DNA from: Candidatus Iainarchaeum sp.
GTDB lineage: Archaea > Iainarchaeota > Iainarchaeia > Iainarchaeales > JAZDEL01
Assembly: GCA_043808785.1 (NCBI GenBank)
Contig: JAZDEL010000004.1
Location: 30,001-62,000, forward strand
Direction of reading: 5' to 3'
DNA: 32,000 bases
In this document: piece by piece, positions 14,655-22,718 of the stretch
Numbering within the stretch: position 1 is the first letter of the stretch
Layout of the letters: every line of letters begins with the position of its first letter
Program-made: the position numbers and the translations under genes
Notes under the pieces: generated by a model
Database searches by the model: none
What the model was told of the DNA's origin: nothing
The model's input: only the letters and a program-made list of their open reading frames with translations

Positions 14655-17600
14655 TCATTTCCTTTGCCTTTCCTTTCCCCTGCGGAATGCCAAAATTGCC
14701 GCAGCGCCGAGCACAATAATTGCGGCAGCAACAACTACTGCAATCTGCTGCAGCCCTGCCGCGTCAGTTCCTTCCCCTGTCCCTGCAACAGCGGACGCGG
14801 TTGCCTGTACGCCCGCCTCTATGCATTTTCCCCCCATGCACCTGAAGCCTGCGCCGCACAATGTTCCGTCCCTGAGCACATCATAAACGCATTTTCCCTC
14901 CTTGCAGTAATCCGCGGTGCATGCGTCATAATCGTTGCAGAACACGCCCATGCACGCATCGCCGGCATCAAGCCCTACAAGCGCCACGGGAGCGCGCATC
15001 CTTCCGAACTTTGCCGGGGTAATTGAGCCCTCCACAGCGCTCCTGTTGAAATCGTAGGTTACGCTCTTTTCCCCTCCCGCGGGAATGTCGCCAAGCGTGA
15101 ACCTGATTATCGGGTCCTCCTCGACAACGTGGAAAGGCGTGCCGCTTACAATCGTCTTCGCGCTCTTCGCTACTTCCTTTGGTATTTCCTCCACAATCTC
15201 GACACCATGCAGCGCTTCCCCACTCAGGTTCACAGCAGTGAGGGTTATTGAATTTGAGTGCTTGACAATCGTATTTTCCCCCCAGAGCGCCTCCACAACA
15301 AGCGACCTTTTGAACGACAAATCATCGCCTGTTGCAAGCCTTTTGCGTTCCGCTCCCGCACCCTCATCAAGGCTGCGTATGGGTATGCCGACCTCCGCGG
15401 CAAAACTGCCGGAGGTTTCAATCGACAGCACGCGCTCGGCCTTTATTATTTCGGGTTCGGGCGCGGTTCCCCCTCCGCCTCCGCGGTTAATGGGGGGAAT
15501 AACTTCCTCGCTCTCGGGCACCGAGCCCGTGGCTCCGCTGTTCTGCAGAACCGCAACAGTAACAGCAACGCTTGCGTCATTGGAGTTCTCATCCGAAACA
15601 TCGTGCGCGCGTGCATAGAAAATGTGCGCGCCGTTGGAAAGGCTTCCGAATGTGTAGGTAAGGTTCAGCGCATTGTCTACCCAGTCCTCGCTGTCCTTTT
15701 TCACATAATATTTGTCTATGCCGCTTGTTGAGCCTGCCGCTGAATATGTGATTGTTACCGAGCTCGAGGTTGTCGTGGAGCCGTTTGCGGGGGAGGTTAT
15801 TGAAACTATGGGCGCGGAGAAGTTGTCGTCTATCTGCAGCTGCGCGTTCTGGTCGTCCGCAGTAAGGGAGCCTAACCAAACCACAACCGCGTACTGCCCC
15901 ACAGTGTTCACATCCGCGACAAAGTCGATTCCCTCGTTCAAATCAACATTGTTTAGGCGCATCAAGGGGCGGGTGGAAGCGGTGTAGCTCGCGATTTCAA
16001 ATGCGGGGCTGTAGCGGTTAGTGTCCCAGTTGTTGTGGTCGTTGTATATTCCGTTAGTGGAGATGTTGAAGTCCACGCGGTTGCCTGAGGCGGTTACCTT
16101 GTAGGCGCCTGTGTTGTAATCGAAGCCCTGCGAGGTGCCCGTTGCCATGAACAAATTGTCGGGGTTGCGGTAGTCGAGCATGTAATAATCCACGAGGTTT
16201 TCGTCGGGGGCGGACTGTATTGGATACATTACCTGACCGAATTGTTTGGTGTCGGAGAGAACAAGAAGGTAATTTAGGTAATCCATTTCCCCCGCGTCGA
16301 ATTCCGAAGCCAGATCCCAATCAATCCAGCCCACATTCCCCTCAGTACCCCAATTTGTTGCAAAGTCAGTTGGCGCCCATCTCCCATCCCAAAATGTTTG
16401 GGAACTTTGCGGAGGATAACCAGTAATGAGCAGGGTGTTTGCGTCAAAGTCGGAGTTCAAATCATAGCGCTGCCTTGCGTGCCACCATGAAGGGTCGCCA
16501 CTTGGGAATATGCCCGTGGCATTGTTATCCTGATAAGTATAAAGGATACCTGCAGGCGTTTGTGTCCTGTGAATCATAAAAGTAGAATTTGTTGCTGCGG
16601 AATTAGTATCCGTGAATTCCATATGGACCGCAGCCCTGAACCCACCAATTACGGGGTAAATTGTTGTTGTTTTGACATAATTCAGGTCATATATCTGCCC
16701 GCTTGTGCCTGAGATGCTTTGCCCCGCAGGGCCCCAGCGGGTTAATGCCCCGCTTGCGGTAATTTTTACCCTGCTGTTCAGGTCTTCGTTAAGGGTTAAG
16801 GCTGCCCCGTTATCATCGGACTCGCTCCTAGTAACAATGCCATCACTAATCTGCCAATTATCAAATACTGTGCTACCGCTGCCAGAGGATAGATTTTTCT
16901 TTGCGGAATCCCTGTTTAAGTCCACAATCGTTGAGAGGCAGCCACCTTCATACTGGTTAAAGAACATATTAAAATCACTCGTCCCCACCTCGAAATTCGC
17001 CCCTGTCGCGTTCACGTCGAGGTGGCGGATGGTAGGGGAAACAGTGGTAAGGGTAAAGGTAACCGTTGCAGTGGTCGAGTTATTGTCCGCATTGTCCTGC
17101 GCAATCACATACGCAGTATGCGAACCAGGCGCCAAGCCGAAGAAAGTGCGCGTTATGTTAACGTTGTTGTCAATCCAGCCAAGATTGTCCATCTGCACGT
17201 AATATTTCTTTATCCCGCTGTTCACATCTATTCCCCAGTATTTGACGTTCATTGAATTCGCCGCCGTGCTTGAGCCAACGGAGGGGGAGGTTATTGTTAC
17301 GGCGGGGGCGTTCAAATCCTGCGCTATGGTGAACTGCGCGTTTTCATCGTTTCCAGTGAGCGCGCCGAGCCAGACAACGACGGCGTAATTGCCCAAATCG
17401 TTCACATCGGAAACATAATCCACGCCCGCGGTTTTCAGGACGCCGTTTATTTTCATCGCGGGCGCAGTGGGGGCGAGGTAATTATTAATCTGGAATGCGG
17501 GATAATACCTGTTAGTGTCCCAGTTGTTGTGGTCGTTGTATATTCCGTTTGTGCAGATGTTGAAATCCACCTTGTTGTTGTCCGCTGTGAGGAGGTATGC

Positions 17601-18572
17601 CGCGGTGTTGTAATCGAAGCCCTGTGTTGTTCCTTTTGACATGAATAAATTGTCGGGGTTCCTGTAATCTAGCATTATGTAATCGATTTTGTTTTCGTCG
17701 GGCAGGGCTTGCAGCCCCCAATTCACGGCACCAAGTTCGCCTGTGTTTGAGAAATAAAGCATATAGTTTACATAATCCATTTCCCCGGCTTGGAATTGCG
17801 GGCTAAAGCCACTACTATCATTCCACCCCGAATTTCCAGTCGTTGTCCAGATATACTGCGAGTCTGGATCCCACTTCTTGTTGTAAAAACTTGAGTCTGC
17901 GGCGCGCTTGGCGTAGCCGCTGGCAATTACTGAGTTTTTGTCATAATCTGAATTCAAATCTGTGCGCTGTATTGAATGCCACCAGTCGCTTCCCGCAGGG
18001 TTGCCAGTATTGTTGTCTGCATACCCGACCATCCCTGTGCTTTTCCCCACTACGAAGTGTGAAAATTGCCCATAGTTTGTCGCACCACTATTTGTATCAG
18101 TAAATTCCATATGAACTGCAGCCCGTATTCCGCCGATAGTCGGGTAGATTGTCGTTGTTTTATTGAAATTCAAGTCATACAGGGCATTATTTGTTAATGC
18201 ACCATAGGTATGCACCTTAACCCTGCTTTGCAGTTGCTCATCAATATTGAGTATGGCGGCAGTATCGTTAACATCAGCCCTCCAAGTTGAACTAGAACTT
18301 GTCCACGACCAACTATCGGAAGACCTTTGCGGCCACGTTCTGTCGCCGCTACTAATGTCGGTTTTGCTGTCGGTATTCAAATCCCAAACACCATATATCG
18401 TTCCGCCCTTGTTCTGCTGGAAGAATATATTCCAATCCGCAGTCCCCACCTCGAAATTATCCCCTGTCGCGTTCACATCCAGCACATAATTCGCCGAGAG
18501 CGCGTTTCCGGCAAACGCCAGAAATGCGATTAACAAAAAAAGTGCGAAACACGCATTCCTCATTCCATGCAT
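14655..18572 (-). CDS. Giant cell-surface protein: signal peptide, two ~490-aa tandem modules, Ig-like/CARDB-like region, Cys-rich knot, C-terminal TM anchor with a basic tail
   Basis: The track ORF extends to 18698. A start at the ATG at 18572 (MHGMRNACFALFLLIAFLAFAGNALSA/NY) or 18563 is more likely, downstream of an AT-rich TATA-like stretch (18600-18620). The C-terminus reads ...CNDYDACTADYCKEGKCVYDVLRDGTLCGAGFRCMGGKCIEAG...GEGTDAAGLQQIAVVVAAAIIVLGAAAILAFRRGKERQRK. Confidence 0.8.
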   Translation of the reverse strand: MHGMRNACFALFLLIAFLAFAGNALSANYVLDVNATGDNFEVGTADWNIFFQQNKGGTIYGVWDLNTDSKTDISSGDRTWPQRSSDSWSWTSSSSTWRADVNDTAAILNIDEQLQSRVKVHTYGALTNNALYDLNFNKTTTIYPTIGGIRAAVHMEFTDTNSGATNYGQFSHFVVGKSTGMVGYADNNTGNPAGSDWWHSIQRTDLNSDYDKNSVIASGYAKRAADSSFYNKKWDPDSQYIWTTTGNSGWNDSSGFSPQFQAGEMDYVNYMLYFSNTGELGAVNWGLQALPDENKIDYIMLDYRNPDNLFMSKGTTQGFDYNTAAYLLTADNNKVDFNICTNGIYNDHNNWDTNRYYPAFQINNYLAPTAPAMKINGVLKTAGVDYVSDVNDLGNYAVVVWLGALTGNDENAQFTIAQDLNAPAVTITSPSVGSSTAANSMNVKYWGIDVNSGIKKYYVQMDNLGWIDNNVNITRTFFGLAPGSHTAYVIAQDNADNNSTTATVTFTLTTVSPTIRHLDVNATGANFEVGTSDFNMFFNQYEGGCLSTIVDLNRDSAKKNLSSGSGSTVFDNWQISDGIVTRSESDDNGAALTLNEDLNSRVKITASGALTRWGPAGQSISGTSGQIYDLNYVKTTTIYPVIGGFRAAVHMEFTDTNSAATNSTFMIHRTQTPAGILYTYQDNNATGIFPSGDPSWWHARQRYDLNSDFDANTLLITGYPPQSSQTFWDGRWAPTDFATNWGTEGNVGWIDWDLASEFDAGEMDYLNYLLVLSDTKQFGQVMYPIQSAPDENLVDYYMLDYRNPDNLFMATGTSQGFDYNTGAYKVTASGNRVDFNISTNGIYNDHNNWDTNRYSPAFEIASYTASTRPLMRLNNVDLNEGIDFVADVNTVGQYAVVVWLGSLTADDQNAQLQIDDNFSAPIVSITSPANGSTTTSSSVTITYSAAGSTSGIDKYYVKKDSEDWVDNALNLTYTFGSLSNGAHIFYARAHDVSDENSNDASVAVTVAVLQNSGATGSVPESEEVIPPINRGGGGGTAPEPEIIKAERVLSIETSGSFAAEVGIPIRSLDEGAGAERKRLATGDDLSFKRSLVVEALWGENTIVKHSNSITLTAVNLSGEALHGVEIVEEIPKEVAKSAKTIVSGTPFHVVEEDPIIRFTLGDIPAGGEKSVTYDFNRSAVEGSITPAKFGRMRAPVALVGLDAGDACMGVFCNDYDACTADYCKEGKCVYDVLRDGTLCGAGFRCMGGKCIEAGVQATASAVAGTGEGTDAAGLQQIAVVVAAAIIVLGAAAILAFRRGKERQRK
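15540..18488 (-). repeat. Intragenic tandem duplication (two modules of about 487-498 codons)
   Basis: The protein modules align: LDVNATGDNFEVGTADWNIFF... with LDVNATGANFEVGTSDFNMFF..., KTTTIYPxIGGxRAAVHMEFTDTNS in both, and MLDYRNPDNLFM...GFDYNT...NGIYNDHNNWDTNRY in both. Identical DNA blocks: a 39 nt block at 16017-16055 and 17511-17549 (offset 1494), a 17 nt block at 16981 and 18442, and a 16 nt block at 17000 and 18461 (offset 1461). Confidence 0.85.
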
Positions 18573-18705
18573 GGAAAACACCGCAAAAACCGAATAGAAT
18601 AGGTTAATGTTATTATTATTCATTGCGGGCACGGGGTTTTTGGGCGCGCAGCGGGGCACGGGAATGCGGGCGCATGCCGCGGGTTCGGAAAGGCACACGC
18701 AAAGC

Positions 18706-18713
18706 TTTAAAAC
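18706..18713 (+). promoter_or_regulatory. TATA box (TTTAAAAC) for the gene starting at 18736
   Basis: gcTTTAAAACag is centred about 27 nt upstream of the ATG at 18736. Confidence 0.45.
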
Positions 18714-18735
18714 AGAAAGCGCGCATAATTAGGGC

Positions 18736-19812
18736 ATGGGAAACTGGTACGCGTTTGATTCAATAGGCGAGGGCATTGCAAAGGCCCGCGGCCTGCTGCG
18801 CGGCCCCGGCCTGTTCGGGAAATGGATGAAGCTTGCTGTGCTTGTTTTCATAGTCAGCCTGCTCTCCGGGGGCTGGGGAGGGCTTGATTACAGGGCATCG
18901 GATAGCGACGCAACGCAGTTCGCCGGGGTATTGAACCAGGCAGCGGCGGTGCCTTCAGAAATAATAATAATCGCCATTATTGCCGCAATTGCCGCGGCAC
19001 TTATTGTGGGGGCGATATTCGGGCTTGTGAGGAATGTTTTCTTCTTCGCAACCCTTGAATCCATAACAACGGGGCAGGCTAAAATTTTCGGCTATCTCGG
19101 GAAGTTCGCGGGGCTTGCGGTTTCGCTCACGCTTTTCGAGATTGTGCTTGCGTTAATCACGCTGCCTTTCGGCATCGCGTTCGCGCTTTCAATTGCGGGC
19201 ATGCTGCTGATGTTCGGGCTCCTTCCCGCAGCGCTCACGTCCGCAATCTATGCCGTGCCAGTGCTTGGCGGAATTGCCACATTTGCATCGAACCCGCTGG
19301 CGATTGTGGCGATGGGAATTATCGGGGCTCTCGGAATTGCAATACTCGCGGCCGTGAATTACATAAAGGGGCAGTTCGCGGAATACATGATGTACATGCA
19401 CGGCCACAGGGCATTCGATGCTTTTAAGCGCTCCGCGGGGCTTGTAAGGAGGAACCTTGCGCAGGTAATTATCCTTCTCTTCGCGCAGTTTTTGCTCCTC
19501 ATTGCGATAGGGATTATTTCGGTAATATGCGCGGCAATATTCTTCGGGCCGCCCGTGATTGCGGGGCTGCTCATAGGCGGGGCGCTCGGAATTACGGGAA
19601 TGCTTTCCAACCCGATAGTGGCCGTGCTTGCGGCGCTTGTTGCGGGGGCTGTTTTCCTAATCGCGGCGTTCCTGATGAACCTTGTGCTCACGCCCGTGAA
19701 AATTTTCACATACTTCTTCAACCTGGCAGTGCTCGAAAAAATGTCGGGCGGCGGGGCTGTGATAACGGTTGCAAAGGGGGCGAAGGGCTGGCCGAAAGGC
19801 GACCCGCGCTGA
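18736..19812 (+). CDS. Polytopic Gly/Ala/Ile-rich membrane protein, unknown function (358 aa)
   Basis: Track ORF with an ATG start and an upstream TATA box. It has about 8 hydrophobic helices. The N-terminus MGNWYAFDSIGEGIAKARGLLRGPGLFGKWMKLAVLVFIV loosely resembles DUF4013-type proteins (weak, from memory). It is followed 26 nt later by the archaeosortase-like gene. Confidence 0.65.
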   Translation: MGNWYAFDSIGEGIAKARGLLRGPGLFGKWMKLAVLVFIVSLLSGGWGGLDYRASDSDATQFAGVLNQAAAVPSEIIIIAIIAAIAAALIVGAIFGLVRNVFFFATLESITTGQAKIFGYLGKFAGLAVSLTLFEIVLALITLPFGIAFALSIAGMLLMFGLLPAALTSAIYAVPVLGGIATFASNPLAIVAMGIIGALGIAILAAVNYIKGQFAEYMMYMHGHRAFDAFKRSAGLVRRNLAQVIILLFAQFLLLIAIGIISVICAAIFFGPPVIAGLLIGGALGITGMLSNPIVAVLAALVAGAVFLIAAFLMNLVLTPVKIFTYFFNLAVLEKMSGGGAVITVAKGAKGWPKGDPR

Positions 19813-19838
19813 GCATTTCAAAATAGGGCGGCGAAAGC

Positions 19839-20510
19839 ATGGCTCCTGCCGGAAATGGCGCCGAAAGTGCGGAACCTCCACGCGCGGAGGAACTGCCCGG
19901 CGGCGCGCTGAAAATTTCGGAACTTAAGGGCAAAAAAAACTTCTGGGAAAGCGCAAACTTCAGGGCGGAGGCCCTGCGCGGGCTGAAGTTCCTCGCGGGA
20001 ACGGCAGTTGTTTTTGCGGCGCTGCATTTTTTGTTTTTGCTTGTTGTGCCGCTTGCGAACGTTGAACTTTTCTACGCGAACCTCGCGCTTTTTTTCGCGG
20101 GGTTTTTCGGGGTTAACGGAAATGTTCAGGCGTTCTCCGAACCCGTGCTTATTTTCGCGTGGGGCAAGGGGCTTACGTTTCCGATTTCGGTTTCATACCT
20201 CTGCACCGGGCTTCTTGAAATGCTGCTGCTCGTTGCCGCGGTTGCCGCATCATTCGGGATAGAAATCAGGAAGCGCGCGCTCGGCATTGCGGGCGCCGTT
20301 GCTGCAACCGTGCTCTTTAACCTGCTGCGCATAACCGCAAGCATCCTGCTCATTGTTTTTTACGGGCTCGGGATTGCGGAAATCGGGCACGAAATATTGT
20401 TCCGCCTGTTCCTGTTCGTGACTGTCGCGGGATATTACACGCTGTGGTTCTGGTGGGCTACGGGGCAGGCGCCAAAGGCGCTAAATAAGATTTTCCGCAA
20501 ATCTTATTAA
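19839..20510 (+). CDS. Exosortase/archaeosortase-family protein (small, 223 aa)
   Basis: Track ORF. A membrane protein carrying the ordered family signature: Cys122 in SVSYLCTGLLEMLLL (tgc 20202-20204), Arg164 in VLFNLLRITASILL (cgc 20328-20330), and His184 in AEIGHEILFRLF (cac 20388-20390). The order and spacing match the Cys/Arg/His triad of EpsH/ArtA-type sortases. Confidence 0.6.
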   Translation: MAPAGNGAESAEPPRAEELPGGALKISELKGKKNFWESANFRAEALRGLKFLAGTAVVFAALHFLFLLVVPLANVELFYANLALFFAGFFGVNGNVQAFSEPVLIFAWGKGLTFPISVSYLCTGLLEMLLLVAAVAASFGIEIRKRALGIAGAVAATVLFNLLRITASILLIVFYGLGIAEIGHEILFRLFLFVTVAGYYTLWFWWATGQAPKALNKIFRKSY

Positions 20511-20530
20511 TAAGGTAGGGCGTCATATTT

Positions 20531-20824
20531 ATGGAGGTGTCGATTTTGGCAACTGTTGAAATGACCAAAATGAGTTCGAGAGGGCAGGTTGTTATTCCGC
20601 AGGACATAAGGGATAACATGAAACTGAAGGAGGGAGAATCGTTCGCCGTGGTGGCAAGCGGCGACACGCTGCTGCTCAAAAGGATTGCAACCCCTTCCAA
20701 GGAAGAGATACTGCGCGAATGGAAGAGGGCCGCAGCCAAGGGCAGGGAGGAGGCAAAAAAACTGGGCATAAGGCAGGGCGATGTGGAGAAACTGATCCAT
20801 AAGGGCAGGGGAATCAGCGGATGA
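20531..20824 (+). CDS. AbrB/SpoVT-family antitoxin (VapB/MazE-like)
   Basis: Track ORF. MSSRGQVVIPQDIRDNMKLKEGESFAVVASGDTLLLKRI is a typical SpoVT-AbrB swapped-hairpin motif. GGAGGTG (20533-20539) precedes an in-frame TTG at 20546, and ATGs at 20561/20570 are alternative starts. The stop overlaps the ATG of a PIN stump (ATGA). Confidence 0.75.
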   Translation: MEVSILATVEMTKMSSRGQVVIPQDIRDNMKLKEGESFAVVASGDTLLLKRIATPSKEEILREWKRAAAKGREEAKKLGIRQGDVEKLIHKGRGISG

Positions 20825-20874
20825 TTAGGGCGGTTCCGGACACTAACGTGCCAGCATCAAATGGCAACAGTTAG
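20821..20874 (+). pseudogene. vapC: Truncated PIN-domain (VapC-like) toxin remnant, 17 codons
   Basis: ATGATTAGGGCGGTTCCGGACACTAACGTG... encodes MIRAVPDTNVPASNGNS-stop. The ATG overlaps the antitoxin TGA (ATGA), and xxPDTNV is the canonical first acidic motif of PIN toxins. The reading frame ends exactly where GC content collapses. Confidence 0.5.
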
Positions 20875-20934
20875 TTTATAAAGACATTTTGCTCTTTAAA
20901 AATAGGAGTAGGCACAATACATACTGGTGATTAT

Positions 20935-21201
20935 TTGGAGAAATCCGAGATAATAAAGGCTATCGAAGGCAGGGTAATGGCTGCCGAAAGCAAAAACTAT
21001 TCTATTTGGACTGTTGGCATAACAAATAATCCAGGGCGGAGGAAAAACGAACATGAGAGTGAAAAAAATGTGCGACATTGGAATGATTGGAAGGCTGATA
21101 GCGAGAATGAGGCAAGAGATATTGAGAAATACTTCTTGGCAAAGGGAATGAAAGGGGAAGCAGGCGGTGGCGAAAACCCTACTTACGTATACATCTTTTA
21201 G
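20935..21201 (+). CDS. Small GIY-YIG-like protein (tentative), 88 aa
   Basis: Track ORF with a TTG start (alternative ATG at 20977). SIWTVGITNNPGRRKNEH...EARDIEKYFLAKGMKGEAGGGENPTYVYIF resembles the xYxGxT-x-R-x-x-H...E core of GIY-YIG-type domains. Assignment is from memory only. It lies in the low-GC region. Confidence 0.4.
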   Translation: MEKSEIIKAIEGRVMAAESKNYSIWTVGITNNPGRRKNEHESEKNVRHWNDWKADSENEARDIEKYFLAKGMKGEAGGGENPTYVYIF

Positions 21202-21286
21202 GGTTCCCCGCAATTGTTGTTTTGCATATGAATTAGATTTTATGCGGAATATAGTTTAGATTTTCAAGAATGTTGCGTGATATAAA

Positions 21287-21535
21287 ATGGATAGGGATTT
21301 ATTGAAAAAAGAATTACAAACTTACGAAGACAAAAAGAAGGAATTAGTTTCGGAGCATCCTGGCAAGTATGTGCTAATCAAAGAAGATAAGATAATTGGT
21401 ATTTTTGAGTTTCAAAAGGCAGCCATAAATAGCGGATTTGAAAAATTTGGCAATGTTCCTTTTTTGGTGAAAAAAATAGAACTTGTGGAACAAAAGCAAA
21501 ATTTTACTTCGAACCTTATTATTACTGGTAACTAG
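21287..21535 (+). CDS. Small protein (82 aa), possibly DUF5678-like; partner of the downstream protease
   Basis: Track ORF with an ATG start. HPGKYVLIKEDKIIGIFEFQKAAINSGFEKFGNVPFLVKKI fits the small beta-rich 'GKWVAI-dgkvv' type domain. Its stop is 10 nt before the protease ATG. Confidence 0.45.
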   Translation: MDRDLLKKELQTYEDKKKELVSEHPGKYVLIKEDKIIGIFEFQKAAINSGFEKFGNVPFLVKKIELVEQKQNFTSNLIITGN

Positions 21536-21545
21536 TGGGATAGAT

Positions 21546-21977
21546 ATGTCCAGCATAACTCGCACAATGAACAATCTACAGAGAGAAGGCCCATTGTTAG
21601 ACATTTATTTTTCTGTTCCTGCGGAATTGGAGAGAAAATTAAAAAAAGAAGGAAAGCAAGTTCCTGAGAGCATACATTGCAAGGCATTGATAGATACAGG
21701 AGCGAGCAATTGCGTAGTCCAAGCAAATATTCCCCAAGCACTTAAATTGAATCCAATCGGCGAAACCACAATGGCAACTCCGTCCTGCCAATCTTGCAAG
21801 TGCTATACTTATTTGCTAAGAATAACTATCCCCCAACAACAAATTGCTTACGAATGTGTTTTTACTTCGGCACCACTGCAGGGCCAAGAAATTAATTGCC
21901 TAATCGGCAGGGATATTCTTTCCCAATCCCACTTTACATATATAGGCTACATGAACCAATTTACATTTTCAATATAG
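21546..21977 (+). CDS. Retropepsin-like (clan AA) aspartic protease, 143 aa
   Basis: In-frame ATG at 21546 within track ORF 21483-21977. It carries the catalytic signature ALIDTGASNCVV (D-T-G-A) and the downstream LIGRDIL motif typical of single-lobe retroviral-type proteases that dimerise. Confidence 0.7.
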   Translation: MSSITRTMNNLQREGPLLDIYFSVPAELERKLKKEGKQVPESIHCKALIDTGASNCVVQANIPQALKLNPIGETTMATPSCQSCKCYTYLLRITIPQQQIAYECVFTSAPLQGQEINCLIGRDILSQSHFTYIGYMNQFTFSI

Positions 21978-21998
21978 CCGCGCACAGAGGCGGAAAAT

Positions 21999-22253
21999 TC
22001 ATTGCGGACCTTTTTTCAACAATTTTTTCCCTTTCTCAGTTGTCTTGTAATACCTGAAATTCGGCTGGGTAGGATTAATGCATACGACGAGTTTTTGCCT
22101 TTCCATTTCAAGAAGCGCCCTGCTTACGCTTTCCCTGTGCACGCCGATAATTTTTTTCAGGTCGGTCGCGGTTTTCGGCTCCTGCAGAAGCCTGAGCAAC
22201 TGCGGCTTAATTTTGCTCCGCCTTAGCGAGGCTATTAGGTCGTAATCGGGCAT
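21999..22253 (-). CDS. Winged helix-turn-helix transcriptional regulator (84 aa)
   Basis: Track ORF. LLRLLQEPKTATDLKKIIGVHRESVSRALLEMERQKLVVCINPTQPNFRYYKTTEKGKKLL shows the ArsR/MarR-like wHTH pattern of recognition helix plus beta-wing. Confidence 0.65.
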   Translation of the reverse strand: MPDYDLIASLRRSKIKPQLLRLLQEPKTATDLKKIIGVHRESVSRALLEMERQKLVVCINPTQPNFRYYKTTEKGKKLLKKGPQ

Positions 22254-22316
22254 AGAATCAGAAACGTAACCTCCAAATTAAAGACAGCGGAACATCAGCG
22301 TAACCTGTGAGTTTTT

Positions 22317-22718
22317 ATGCTTTTTCCCCCACAAAAACTAATGATAAAAATGGGTTCAAGAACGGTTGAATTTGTACTTGGGCTTATCGGGGGAATCCTC
22401 GGCTTTTTTGCCGCGCTCTTGGCAATTTTAATAGGCGGTTTAGGTGCGGCAGTTGGGGAAGCTGTTGACAGCCAAGAAACAGCCTCGTCAGGCTCTCTTG
22501 TAATTTTGCTCGGATTTTCGGCAATTATTTTTTCCATTATCGGAATTGTCGGGGCGGCGTTGGTGAAGGGAAGGCCAAAACTCGGCGGGGGGCTGATGCT
22601 CGTTTCCGCTGTCGGCGGGCTGATTTCAATAAGTTTGTTTTACTCCCTTTCATTCGTATTGCTCTTTATAGGCGGGCTGATGGGCCTACTCAAAAAAGAT
22701 AAAGAGGTTTCAGAATGA
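22317..22718 (+). CDS. Small Gly-rich membrane protein (DUF4064-like, tentative)
   Basis: Track ORF, starting at the ATG at 22317, 22341 or 22350. It has four hydrophobic helices (FVLGLIGGILGFFAALLAILIGGLGAAVG, LVILLGFSAIIFSIIGIVGAALV, GGGLMLVSAVGGLISISLF, SFVLLFIGGLMGLL). Its stop overlaps the next ATG (ATGA at 22715-22718). Confidence 0.6.
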   Translation: MLFPPQKLMIKMGSRTVEFVLGLIGGILGFFAALLAILIGGLGAAVGEAVDSQETASSGSLVILLGFSAIIFSIIGIVGAALVKGRPKLGGGLMLVSAVGGLISISLFYSLSFVLLFIGGLMGLLKKDKEVSE

